From positions 285,820,001 through 285,884,000 of the forward strand of contig OZ024740.1 in assembly GCA_964016885.1 (NCBI GenBank): a stretch of DNA of 64,000 bases, written 5' to 3'. Shown here in pieces: positions 51,789 to 64,000 of the stretch. The position numbers and the translations under genes are program-made. Source of the DNA: Eledone cirrhosa. Taxonomy: Eukaryota. Position 1 is the stretch's first letter. The number at the start of each line of letters is the position of its first letter. The notes beneath the pieces were generated by a model. The model did no database searches. It was given only the letters and a program-made list of their open reading frames with translations, and was not told the origin of the DNA.

Positions 51789-54541
51789 TAAGCTTTGGAG
51801 TTCCAGTAGATAAGTTGCATGCTAGATATGTCATTTATTCCCCCCATGGAAACAGGTATCACTTAAATATGAGTATATATGTGTCTTTTATGGCTTTTAA
51901 AATATATTTTAAATTGTAATCTTTTAATTTAGTCTAATTGACAAAGTTATTGGAGCATGGCACACAAAATGCAAATCCTGCTCTGGTCAACTTTGCCTTT
52001 CATCCTTCCTGAAAAATACCAGTTTTGGGCAGTGAACTGGTGCAATCATTAGTATGTTAGATGGAATGCCTTGCAGTATTTATTCTGGCTCTTTCTATTC
52101 TGAGTTAAAATATTGTTGTGGCCTACTTAGGCGGTAGGCATGTTGCTTACATTCATTCCTGCACTCTACAGAGTGCACCAAGTGCATTTTATCATAACAC
52201 CAACACTAGGGAGGTTGTCATGTCTTTGGCACTAAAACATTGTTGATATCTTGAAATCTTTTTCTAAATACTTTACTTTGGAAAATGATATTTTCTGCCT
52301 TGTTATTAGAAACTATATTTTGATAATTCGTGAAACATGATAATGTTCCTGTTTTAGAATGATTTTATTTCCTGCTTCTCCTTCCTCCAGTGTTTCATTT
52401 TTTCTTACAAGTTTGTGCTGTGAAGGTTACATATGAATTTGGAATATAAATGTTCCTCCACTTCAACTACTTTGTATGTAGTCAGTTAAAGTACTCTCTA
52501 GTTCAGTAATCAAATTAGATTAACTTCTATTGCCCTTATGATTTGATGAGTTTCTGAAATAATGCTCCTAGGTTTAGTATGAGCACAGTCTACAATATCT
52601 CTCTCCATAACTGTAATCCAATAAGACCATTACTACAGTGTTATATAAGCAGTAACAGAAACAATAACCCTAGTATCAATTACAAAATAAAACTGCTACG
52701 TTTGTTTCTATTTTATTATTTACTCTGGTTTCATTTCTTCTTAAAGATTTTGGGTGTATATTGGATAAGTTACTCTTAAATATAGTTCTAAAATATTCCC
52801 CTGACATATCATGTTGTTCCAAATGTTATAAAATGAATGGCGAAAGTAACTCAGTGCACACACAGAAATAATCTGATATTGTGTCTCTTAGCAAGGCATT
52901 TAACTCTACTTGCCACCAGCTAAGGCAGGAGCCTCTACAACAGTCATAGCACCTGGGATACATACACCCTTTTATGACTTTTTGAATGACATGCAATATC
53001 ATGATTTTTTTCCCTCCTTTTCTTTACCATTTAATCTGGAAGGAAAAGGCAACACCCATGGCTATTTTATTTTTGTTTCAGGGCCTCCAAGATTAGTGGG
53101 AAGAAGTTAGTTATCCTTAAACTGATGACTTGGCTTGTATGTTTGCAACAAAATGTAAACTCTGCTGAAAGCACCCAAGTATCAGGTAGTGATGTAAAAC
53201 TCCACAACATTAAGTTTATTATACTACAAAAGAACAAAATGCAAGTAGCAAAAACAGATATTGCAAAGTATCTTGTCTGATGCTGTAACAATTCCACCAG
53301 TTCATGACTCTGTACTGATACTTTCTTTTATCAACCTCGAAAGGATGAAAGGCAAAGTTGACCTTAGTGGGATCTTAATTCAGTGCACAGAACAGGAACA
53401 AATACTGCTCTAACTACTCTGCTAATTTGCCACCGATTATATAAACAATCTTTTTGCTAAGATGTTGTAACTTTAATCTTTAGGTTAGACTCCATTTATC
53501 TGAATAATTTCGTCTCTTTCTCTCTTTCATTCACTCATGCTTTCTCCCAACCAACATTTGGTTTAGCTGGCCAATTCACCTAATTGTCAGTGCTATGTAC
53601 TTTCTATTCCATGCAATTTTTTGTTAAATCATTCTATTAGAAATGTGGCCTAATTTACAGTGAACAATATTGCATAAATCCAGCTGTTAGAAAAAGGTTG
53701 TTTATGCCTACTCTATGTAGTCACTTGACCTGCTTGGAACAGCAGCCAAATATTCAGTTCACATTGTTTAATTTGGTTTAGGTTGCATTCTGTCTAGGTA
53801 AAAGCTAGGATGGTCTCCATCAGTATGCCTTTAATTATAAGTTTATCTATCAGGGTTGAGTTTTGGCTAAACAACAGTAGCTATACTTGTCTAATATCTG
53901 TCTTTGAAATCTTATTGTGAGTAATTATATCAAGCCAAGAAGTTCGCCACTAAAGTCTTATCTGCAGTTTAACAGTAATTCTTTCCAAGCTAGCATGAGT
54001 TAAATATGTATACATAACCATTAATATTCTTTATTATCTCTTCAAATGAATTATGCAAATATTGAAATCACCAGCAACAGCTTCATCATCACCACCACCA
54101 TAATTATATTCATTTCTTCATGCTTGTGTGAATTAAATGCATCCTCTCCAGTATAGCATCTCTCTACTTGTTTCTTTCCTTTGAAATGTATATATAATTA
54201 CCATCACAAATGAAGCATTCACTATGCTATCAACTTTTACTGTTATCTTGTTTGTAACATAAATTTTTGTCTTTACAATATATTTTTCTGTCATAAACCT
54301 TCTTACACTTTGTAGTAATAATATATATATTTTTTTTGATGTATAGAACTTGTTGTTGAGGCTGTTTTTTAAAAGGCATTGAGCAAGCATTTTAATTAAC
54401 TTATATTAACAAATATCATCATCATCATATCAAGTATGGGATCAAATTAACCAACTTTTTCTTCCATCAAAAAATTGCTGGCCTTATGCTTAAATTAAAA
54501 ACCATTATTATTATTATTATTATTATTATTGTTATTGTTAT

Positions 54542-54693
54542 TCCTTGAATCTCAGTCATTGATGTTGGTTAACTGGAAAGTCCGTTGGATTGAATATCAA
54601 GCCACTACCTGCAGCCTCAGATATTCAGGACGTATCGGAGGGTTCTTGCTGTTCCAAGCAAGCATGCCTTTTGAAGCGTTCCAAAAAGCGTGA
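54542..54693 (-). mobile_element. Dong/R4-like (RLE) non-LTR retrotransposon 3' end inside (TAA)n
   Basis: Minus frame LFGTLQKACLLGTARTLRYVLNI* (stop 54617-54619) matches the LQKxxLLGTAxxLRxVL terminus of R4/Dong ORFs. (ATT)n on both sides. Confidence 0.75.
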
Positions 54694-54697
54694 ATTA

Positions 54698-54750
<53 letters not shown>

Positions 54751-57700
54751 CAGTATCGGTAGAGGGTTGGACGCCATGCTTTCTAGCATAGTTACATCCC
54801 TTTACAGTCTGAGTTCAAATCCCGCCAAGGTTAACTTTGCCTTTCATCCTTCCGGGGTCGATAAAATAAAGTACCAGTAATGTACTGGGTAATTGCTGGC
54901 CTTGTGCCTAAAGTAGAAACAATTATTATTATTATCATTGTTCCAATTCTTTGTTCTTAGTTCAGATCTTGTCATGGTCAACTTTGTCTTTCACACTTCC
55001 CTGTGTTCATCCCACCCCCTAACAAAAATACTGGCCTTGTAACTAAATTAGAAACCATTTAAATATTTTCCGGATTTTTTTTAAAATACACTGTGATCAA
55101 ATTTTGTAAAGAGGAAATGCTGGTTTTATTATGAGAAAGAAAATTTAATTACTAATAAATCTAGTCAATCATCATCATTATCATCATCGTTTAACATCCA
55201 TTTTCCACGCCAGCATGGGTCTTTCAAAATTTTATACTGGTAATTTTTGTTGGGTTCACTAAATTATAATTTTTTTTCAACTCCATATATTGCATATTTT
55301 ATATTTATTCCATTAAAACAATGTAAATTTATGAAATACGCTGGTTTTAAGAATTTCTTCCAGTTGTAATTTAGATTTCAGAATTACTAACCATGGAATA
55401 AATGTGATTTTGTTTTCATGTCTCCTTGGAGGGTAGACCATGGAAAAGATAGCTTTGAGGAAGCTAACAATATCCTATAACTGCCTACTCTTTAAACTGA
55501 AACAGTTTTAATTGAATTCCCATCTTGAAGCCTGTTCCTGTGAACATTTATTTTGTTTGCTTTATATATATAAGCCAGCAGATTAATATTCATACAGGAT
55601 GTAAGCATTCATTTGACCTTGCCATTGAAATTTTATATAATGTAGTTTTTACTATTTGATTCCTTGAGCAGTTATTAGCTATCAGACACATATGAGTATC
55701 ATTTGTCATATGTTACTTTATCTTTCAATGCTTGGAGCTGTTCTCTCTCTAAAAGTCAACCTGTGTGTGTGTGTGTTGTTTGGAAACTCAAATACATTAT
55801 TTTACTGCTCTATCGATCTGGTGAATATACAACTATATATGTGCATGTGTATGTACCCCCCCCCCCCCTCCACACACACACTTTTATGATTGAAATTTCT
55901 ATGATTTTTATTATCTTCATTACTAAAAATTATTCATTAAGAAGGGCATTCAGTTGTAGAAACTATGCCAAAAATGAAACATAGGAGCAAATCATGACTT
56001 TCGAATCTTTCTCATCTCAAATTGTGATAATCTTGCATGGAGAAATAGATGTAAAATGATGACGAATAAATAAGATTCTACAGTTGAATTTTATTGCTAA
56101 TGTTTTGGCTGTGAAATATAAAATAATTTCTCTTCTCTCACTCTCATGAAAATAAAATTAATGGACCAATCAGAATGAAGGTTGTTGTTGTTGAAATAAT
56201 TTAGATTATTACCAGAGTTTTATACTTTTGTTAATTTGTATATTTGTTATAGCAGGTTGTATTATCTTGAGAAATTATCTTTAATCCTGCTGTGAGGTTA
56301 CACATATCCTACTGTTAGGTTAGAATTTTAGTCCTTGCTTAAGCCTTTCAGGCTGACTGATTTTATCAGCCATATATGATTTCAATTATGTGATAGGAAT
56401 CTCTAAGTTCAAGATCTGAATAACATATAGTATATCCATGACAGGTGGAAAGAGGCTGAATGGTTAAATAAGGATTCAAATCCAGCTATATATTTTAGGT
56501 ACCAATTTCACAAATTTGATGTATAGAAAAACATTAAAATACATGAATGTAGCAGCCCCTTCCCTCTAATCTATGCATGAAAAACTAATCCCATTTTACG
56601 CTAGTTAGCATTAGGAAAACTTATTCATCTGTAAATTATATCTATATATATATATATTATACATACATACGTATATATATGCACACACAACAAAATATAT
56701 TCAATATAAAAGAGTTCCCTCTGAATTTTTGTTTTCTTCAATAAAAATTCAGTTTTGTACTGCCAATGTACAAATGAAATAAAACAAAAGAAAAATAACA
56801 TCAGCAATAAACTTTAAGCAATTATTATTATTATTATTTTAGATCGTATTTAATCTATGTTCTTTTTAAAGATAAATCAATAAATGCAAATCTAGGAACA
56901 TTTTTGTTCTTTAAATGTTCAAAAACATTCTCTTTTAAAATTGAATATAAACATTCGATCTCAAATCAAAGCCCCCCTCCCCACACACACACATCTACCC
57001 TAAAAAACACCCTACAAAACAAAACAAAACAAAATATTTGGTAAAGATCTTTAAAAGTAAATTAATAATCTCTTTGTGTATCAGTTAAATAACTTTTTCA
57101 TTATGGATGTTGCATCTTATTTGTAAGCTTTAATCCTTTTATTTGCCACAAAGCCAGATTTCATTATGATTGAAATATTTCCAGTAATAGTTTTTGCTAT
57201 TGATTTTATTCTCTATTTATATTTCTTTGTTCTTTTTTTAATTCTTTTATTGGTTTTAGTGGTCATGCTGGGGCACTGCCTTCAAGGTTTTTTTTTCTTT
57301 TCTTTAGCTAATTTTATTGACTCTAGTACTTTGTCTGGTAAGATTTGAAATGCAAAGTGGATATTGTTGTAAGAAGAGGTTATTCCATTTAACTTTAATG
57401 CCATATGGTATTTATGTACTAGTTCTCATCCCACACTGATATAAACATGTGTATGTACACACACACATGCAAACAGACATGCCAAAAGAAAATGGAACAA
57501 AGGAAGAAGACTTGGACTTCACAAGCTGTAGCTTAGGCAACCTGTCTAGTAAGCCAGTAACTTCAATAAAAAAAATGATGCAGCTTAGAGCAGTCTATTT
57601 AGTTCGGCCAGACCTACTACACGGATTGAGGGACAATGATATGATTTCAGTCCATGCTGTAATGATAAAATGTTGGTGATAGGAAGAGCATCCAGTCATA

Positions 57701-57877
57701 AAAACCTTGGAAACTTCCTCTGTTGCTATATATGCCAGATGGTAAAGAACAACCACATAAAGTAAGATGATTTGAGACCTATCCAATTCATGCAAACATG
57801 GAAAAAATGATGTAAAAATCATTAATTTATATTTTTTATACATATGGCATGCTTCCATACAGTTTCCATCTACACCC

Positions 57878-58197
57878 GACCTCCCATGGGTACAAGCTGA
57901 AGCATATAGACAATATGTCCCCACTCCCGCCACCGCAAGGTGGTCGTGGAGGTACCACGGCAAAAAAGCACCCAGCCCACACTGTAAAGTGGACGTGTAG
58001 GCGCCACGAAAAAGCACCCAGCACTCACTGTAAATGAGGTTGGTGTTAGGAAGGGCATCCAGCTGTAGAAATCAAGCCAAATCAGTTCCTGTATGAGCAA
58101 GGCATGGTCAGCCGACCAGACACTGCCCACAACAGGACAACCCTTCTAACCCATGCTAGCGTGGAAGAACGGACGTAAAATGGTAATGATGATGATG
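57878..58197 (+). mobile_element. RTE 3' UTR copy
   Basis: Near-identical to 45655-45926; ends GGACGTAAAATGGTAATGATGATGAT. Confidence 0.75.
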
Positions 58198-59550
58198 AAG
58201 ATATTGGCCAACCCAAGACACTTACCCAAAGTACTGCACATTGAGATTGAATCTAGGAACCATGTGGTTGCAAAACAGGCTTATTTCCTACAGCCATCTT
58301 AATGCACCCATTGTTGGGTACACCCCCTATTTTAATCGATTACTTTTTCTTTGTGTTTTTATTTACAAGATCTAAATTATCATTATCCATTTCATGCCAA
58401 GGGACATGGCAACCCCCTAGTGCTGGTAACATGATGAAATGCACTCACCACACTGTGTAAAGTGGTTGATGTTTGGACAAGTATGCAGCTGTAGAACCCC
58501 CCCCCCCCCCAAGAATGTACTTGAGTCCAACGCGCCAAGGAGAGTAGTAAATCAGATACAGTCTGTAATTACCCATCCAACTCATTCTGACATAGAAGAA
58601 AAGATGTAAAATAATGATACTGATGAGGATGATGATGATGATGAACATAGTCACTTTTAATACAGTTGTTTTCCTTCTAGCAATAGAAATGGATATATTT
58701 TGTCTAGCTTTAACTAAATTATGAAATAATATCCATTAGCTGTTCTTCAGCATACAATGGGGGGTTTATCCAAGTTTCTAGGACAATTTTGTTGTGTAGG
58801 ATAATTTAGTTTTGTTTTCAATGTATTATTTCTACTTAATACAATTCATTTGTACTACTACAAACATCAATTTGTTAGGTTTTGCTGTTGGTGTCCTTAA
58901 AAGAATCACATGTTCAACAAACAAGAATTGATTTATATTTTGCTTTCTCTTTGATGTAACATTTATCTAGTTTCCATCTTTTTTTTTATAAATTTTGATA
59001 TGCATGTACGTATGTTTGCAAGCATTTTTGTGTGAATATTTTCACATGAACTTATGTATGTATGTATGTATGTATGTATGTGTGTGTGTGTGTATATATA
59101 TATGAAAATTGAATTGGATTAGTAGCTTTCACTGTAGTTTTGACTGCAGAAAATGGTGATGTCCATTCTGGAAGCTTATATGCCCTGTTATTATTAGACT
59201 ATTTTCTGTAGTAGAAAATATGGCGAAAGTTACTAATTCAATTCAGTTTTCAAATTCCATCGGCATCTTCTAATCATGCGATGTGTGTGTGTATGTGTGT
59301 ATATATATATAGAGAGGGGGGGGGAGCAAATAGGTGTTGTCCTCAAGAAGGGCATCTGACTAAACCACTGGCATAAAAAGTTCTGTATAAACCATGTCAG
59401 CATGGAAAACAGAAAAAAGATGATGCTATAAATACACACATATATACATGTATGCTCATGTGTATACATAACACACACATATATACATGTATGCTCATGT
59501 GTATACATAACACACACACGCACAGATATGACCTCTAATAATATACGGTA

Positions 59551-59890
59551 TCATCATCACTGTTTTACATCCGTTCTTCCACGCTAGCATGGGTTAGACG
59601 GGTTGTCCTGTTGTGGGCAGTGTCTGGTCGGCTGACCATGCCTTGCTCATACAGGAACTGATCTGGCTTGATTTCTACAGCTGGATGCCCTTCCTAACAC
59701 CAACCTCATTTACAGTGTGGGCTGGGTGCTTTTTTGCCGTGGCATCTCCACGACCACCTTGCTGTGGGGGGAGGGTGTGGGGGCATATTGTCTATATGCT
59801 TCAGCTTGTACCCATGGGAGGTCGGGTACTCTGTATTACTGCGTGACGCCAGAGGTCACGGTCGTGTGTCATTGCCTTTGAGAGGTGTAA
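59551..59890 (-). mobile_element. RTE LINE 3' end
   Basis: Minus strand LHLSKAMTHDRDLWRHAVIQSTRPP matches LHLSKTMSLDRDL of the 17570 RT, followed by the shared 3' UTR. Confidence 0.8.
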
Positions 59891-60505
59891 TATATATATA
59901 TATATATACACATATATAATTTACTTTTCATTTGTACAGATTCAATACCTATATAGATATTGAAGCATTTGTACAAGTGTAAAACAAATTATGTGTGTGT
60001 ATATATATGTATGTATATATATATATTTGTGTGTGTATTTGTACTTGTAGTTATCTTCACCATAACTACATTTGCTGTGAGAAAAATAAAAATAAACAAA
60101 CAGCAAATCTATTGATAACTTTGGAATAAATTCTGTATCTTTTATTAGTAACAGTTCCTGGCTCTGTGCTCTATTTCTTCTTTGCATTGGTTTTCAATTC
60201 ATTTAGTTTTCCTAATTAATTCCTTCACCTCAACAGGTATATAATCCGGGAATGTTAATTAATGCCTGATGAGCAATACAATTGTGGCACACAAGGGAAA
60301 TTGTACTGAGATGCCATTAAAACTCAGACTATTCTTGTTATTATTAACATTGGAGAAGCCTGTTTTTATATCTAATGGATTACATATCCACCAAGCAACA
60401 ACATTGCAGTGTTTTCATTGCTTCATTGTAGAGTATGAAATATATACTATATTCTATTTGCAGAAGCCATCTTCTTTTCTATCCCTACTCATTTTCATTC
60501 ATATA

Positions 60506-60548
<43 letters not shown>

Positions 60549-60689
60549 ATATATATATATATATATATATGTGTGTGTTAGTGTATATATATATAATGAA
60601 TGTATATATGTGTATATGTAAGGAAAAAAAAAAGGATGAAATCGAAAATGCAACTGGAGTCTTTTTTTTTTTAAATATATTTATTTGGT

Positions 60690-60729
60690 TCCTTTACCGC
60701 TTTCGCAGTTCTTGTGCTTTTCAAAACTA
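60690..60729 (-). ncRNA. Mirror hammerhead motif (UUGAAAA core), stems I and III partly decayed
   Basis: UAGUU-UUGAAAA-GCA-CAAGAAC-UGC-GAAAG-CG-GUA/AAGGA. Confidence 0.4.
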
Positions 60730-60769
60730 GAATCGAGATGGAGGGTTTGTGTTTCCTCCATCTCAATTC

Positions 60770-60809
60770 TACTTTTGAAAGGCACAAGAACTGCGAAACC
60801 GGTAAAGTA
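60770..60809 (+). ncRNA. Minimal type I hammerhead motif, U3-A8 variant (A9G in this arm)
   Basis: UACUU-UUGAAAG-GCA-CAAGAAC-UGC-GAAAC-CG-GUA/AAGUA: 5-bp stem I, 3-bp stem II, palindromic ACCGGU, followed within ~5 nt by AATAAA. Confidence 0.6.
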
Positions 60810-60934
60810 ACCAAATAAATATATTTAAAAAAAAAGACTCCGGTTGCATTTTCGATTTCATCTTTTTTTTCCTTATACCTTCACTCGTGTAAGACACCTC
60901 GTTTTTTTCATTTTGTAAAAAAAAACCTCATTTT

Positions 60935-60983
<49 letters not shown>

Positions 60984-62094
60984 AATATGAGGAGCAGGAG
61001 AAAGATGGATCTTTTTGATGATGAGCTGTTAGCTTAACAATTCAGTTGATAAAATAACATGTAAGTGGCTGAGTATTCCATGGATATGTACCCCTTATGT
61101 AATTCTCATGTTGAATCAGTGAGATGCAATATTGGAAGGCTAAAGCTTTGTGCGAGAGGTACAATCTATCTGCTGGGCTTTCACATAGTTTCTGTCTATG
61201 CTATTTTACTTTGGAACAAAAGCCAAGTTGATCTGAGGTTCCTAGTTCAATCCATGTTACAGAAATATCAAGGGATTTGATATATTTAACAGTATCTTAA
61301 ATATATCCCTATCTAAGTTGGAGTATAGAAAATGTCACTGAATTACTTTCTATTTATTTTATGTTTTGTCAATTGAAAGGTAAATATAACTCAAATACAA
61401 TTTGACTTCCAAAGAATTTGATTCTAGGTTTTGCTTCCAAGTTTATTTCCTTTGTAAATCTTCAACTGATTTAACTGTGGGAAATAGGTCATTGCATACA
61501 AGATTTCCCATAAGTAACTGGTCCTTTAAAGCATATATAAAATGATGATAATGATATGCCTGCTTTTTATGTTGGTATAGGTGAATGAGTTGGAGGGTCA
61601 TGTCGCCATTGTCATGCCTCCTTTTTGACATGGCCTCTATTGCTGGTGGTTCTTTGAAACACCAAACATTTACAGAGTGCACTGGATGTATTTTATCATG
61701 ACCAAAGCAACTGAGTTTATCTTGTATCTTGTTAGGCATCATGGCCCAGTGAGTGGGTGAATGAAGTGAGAGTATGATGGAAGAAACAGAATGATTGGGA
61801 TGAAAAGGTGAATGAAGAAGGATTACAGAAGGAAAGAGACCAAGAAACAAAGAGAGTATGTGAGAGGGAGTAATAGAAGAGAGACAGTAATTGCAGTAAG
61901 GAGTGGGTGTGTGATGGGGGAAGCAGTGTAGAGGGAGTAGTAATGGAATAAAGATAGTGGTGGTGGGAGTCATATTAGAGAGGTTGTAAGAGTAGCTACA
62001 TGTTAACTGGTGCGAGAGAGAGAGACAGAGACAGAGTGATGGGGGGTGACAAAGTGATGCATGTCTATAAGAAGTGGCCTTGAGGCCACTTGCA

Positions 62095-62113
62095 TACACA
62101 CATATATATATAT

Positions 62114-62160
<47 letters not shown>

Positions 62161-62161
62161 C

Positions 62162-62243
<82 letters not shown>

Positions 62244-62280
62244 GTACACACACACACATGTATATATATACATATATGTG

Positions 62281-62328
<48 letters not shown>

Positions 62329-62332
62329 TATA
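62095..62332. repeat. Compound (TA)n/(CA)n microsatellite
   Basis: Direct reading; source of many YI/CV/TH ORFs. Confidence 0.95.
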
Positions 62333-62849
62333 TTCATTCATTCACCATGCCCTTATTGTTTATTTTAAAATAATCTAGTAGTTTATCTGGCTCACCTTCC
62401 AAGTACTCATTTCATCATCATTTCTATTTCCTTCTTGCTGTGTTTTCTAACCACTTGACCAGACTATTTCCCTCTGCCAAATTGGCAACTGTTAGGTCTC
62501 CCAGTAATTAATTTACTGTAGAAATAGCAGCAGATTTACTGCATTGATAGACATTGATCATCTTGACAAACATAAAATTTAAATCTAACAGCTACTAGTA
62601 ACTTGAACTTCATCGCCGGCTTCTAAACTTGTTCTTTCTCAGTTTAATATTTCATAAAAATATATTTGTTTCTAATTATACCAGCAAATTGGAAGTGGAT
62701 TGATCTCAATTCTGATATGATTAATTATACATAGGAAATAAATTTAAATTTAGGTTAGCTAAGTAGCCTCTACTATTTAATATAGCTTGATTCTCAGCCT
62801 TGGCAAAATGGAATGCCTTTTGACTGGGGGTGTATGAACTTATAAGATT

Positions 62850-63211
62850 CATTATCATCATCGTCATTTCTACATCTGTTTTTCTGTGTTTGTGTGGGTG
62901 GCATGAGTCCTCTTCAGTGCAGTATCTCTTTGCTTGTTGCACTCCTTTATCATCTCCTTTGCGAAGTTCAGCATCATGGGATCAACTTTTACCACCTCTG
63001 CCCAAGTCTTTGGTCTACTTCTACCACAGCCCTTCTTTTATTTGGAACTTCTAGCACTTCTTCACCCAATGGTTGTCATCTTAATAGATTACATATCCAA
63101 ACCAGTGCAAGCTTCTCCATTGTACACTATATTTGATTCCTCTTATATCCATCTTTTCTCTCAGCTCATCCACATCTCATCTTTCATGCACACTAACATT
63201 ACACATCCAAG
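62850..63211 (-). mobile_element. Degenerate RTE LINE 3' end
   Basis: Minus strand WMCNVSVHER*DVDELREKMDIRGIKYSVQWRSLHWFGYV...RPKTWAEVV, then the GATGTAGAAATGACGATGATGAT tail. Confidence 0.8.
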
Positions 63212-63278
63212 TTTATAAATAAGATGGAATTTACAGTAGCTGCAAATAGCATTATGGTAAATTTGTTTGGTCTTTACC

Positions 63279-63312
<34 letters not shown>

Positions 63313-63753
63313 TGACATTCTTATTCAGTTTTTCTAGACTGCATTCAGAAAAAGGCCACTCATCTGATTGGCATAAAGTTGTTGACAGACATACTTCAAC
63401 TTCTGGCTCACAGATATTCTGTCTCCTCTCTCTTTTTCTATTACCACTATTGAGCTTGCTAACCCCATGCCACCTCTGCTGAAGCATTCCCACCTCACTC
63501 ATCTCTCCTCCTCTCATCATCCATATTCTGTCCAAACTGCTAGGACCTGCATTAGCCACTACAACTAATCTTTCTTCTACAGAATCTCATCCCTCTGAAA
63601 TTCTCTCCCTGTACATGCCTTTCCTACAGTAATCAATCAACCTGTAGCAATTTCAACTGAACATCAACAGCATCAACAGCATCAATCTCATGAGTCTCAG
63701 ATGGCTTGCAAAGGTCATGGACACAGTCACATCCTCCAAACCTAGTAAATAAT

Positions 63754-63951
63754 TGTTTCTACTTTTGGCACAAGGCCAGCAATTACCCAGTGTATTACTG
63801 GTACTTTACTGGTACTTTATTTTATCGACCCCGTAAGGATGAAAGGCAAAGTTAACCTCGGCGGGATTTGAACTCAGAATGGCAAGGGCCGTAACTCTAT
63901 GCGTCAAAGCATGGCGTCCGACCTTCTACCAATACTGCCAATCCACCGCCC
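63754..63951 (-). mobile_element. Full-length tRNA-derived SINE with ~20-bp target-site duplication
   Basis: Reverse complement of the 44092 family; CTCCAAACCTAGTAAATAAT at 63734-63753 and 63968-63987. Confidence 0.88.
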
Positions 63952-64000
63952 TTAAACCTCCACCACACTCCAAACCTAGTAAATAATAAAACATAATCAA

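Larger units (their letters stand above)
60619..60875. repeat. ~122-bp-arm inverted repeat (PLE pLTR-like) among TA-rich microsatellites
   Basis: TAAGGAAAA..GATGAAATCGAAAATGCAAC.GGAGTC...GAGATGGAGG / CCTCCATCTC...GACTCCGGTTGCATTTTCGATTTCATC..TTTTCCTTA with a ~10-nt loop. Confidence 0.9.

Overview
AT-rich, microsatellite-dense eukaryotic DNA. The SINE, RTE and Tx1 repertoire most resembles a coleoid cephalopod such as Octopus (inference). No host protein-coding gene can be supported, so the window reads as intronic or intergenic. It contains a 5'-truncated RTE LINE (17570-19389) whose RT carries an in-frame C4HC3 PHD-like finger, several decayed RTE 3' ends, an internally deleted Tx1-type LINE, a Dong/R4-like 3' end in (TAA)n, a Penelope-like ORF end next to (TA)n, two complete non-autonomous Helitrons, TA- and TTAA-flanked MITEs and many tRNA-derived SINEs. 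The main unexplained signal is a set of long inverted repeats (19982-20198, 46415-46607, 46715-46847, 60619-60875, plus a larger one at 12164-12796), most beside (TA)n tracts. Their arms carry minimal type I hammerhead ribozyme motifs with palindromic stem III, one on each strand. Several use a UUGANAA core, the U3-A8 compensatory form of CUGANGA, and two related copies covary C3-G8/U3-A8 and share a tRNA-like head. I interpret these as Penelope-like pLTR or retrozyme-type elements. Ribozyme activity is inferred from motif matches by eye and was not tested or computed.
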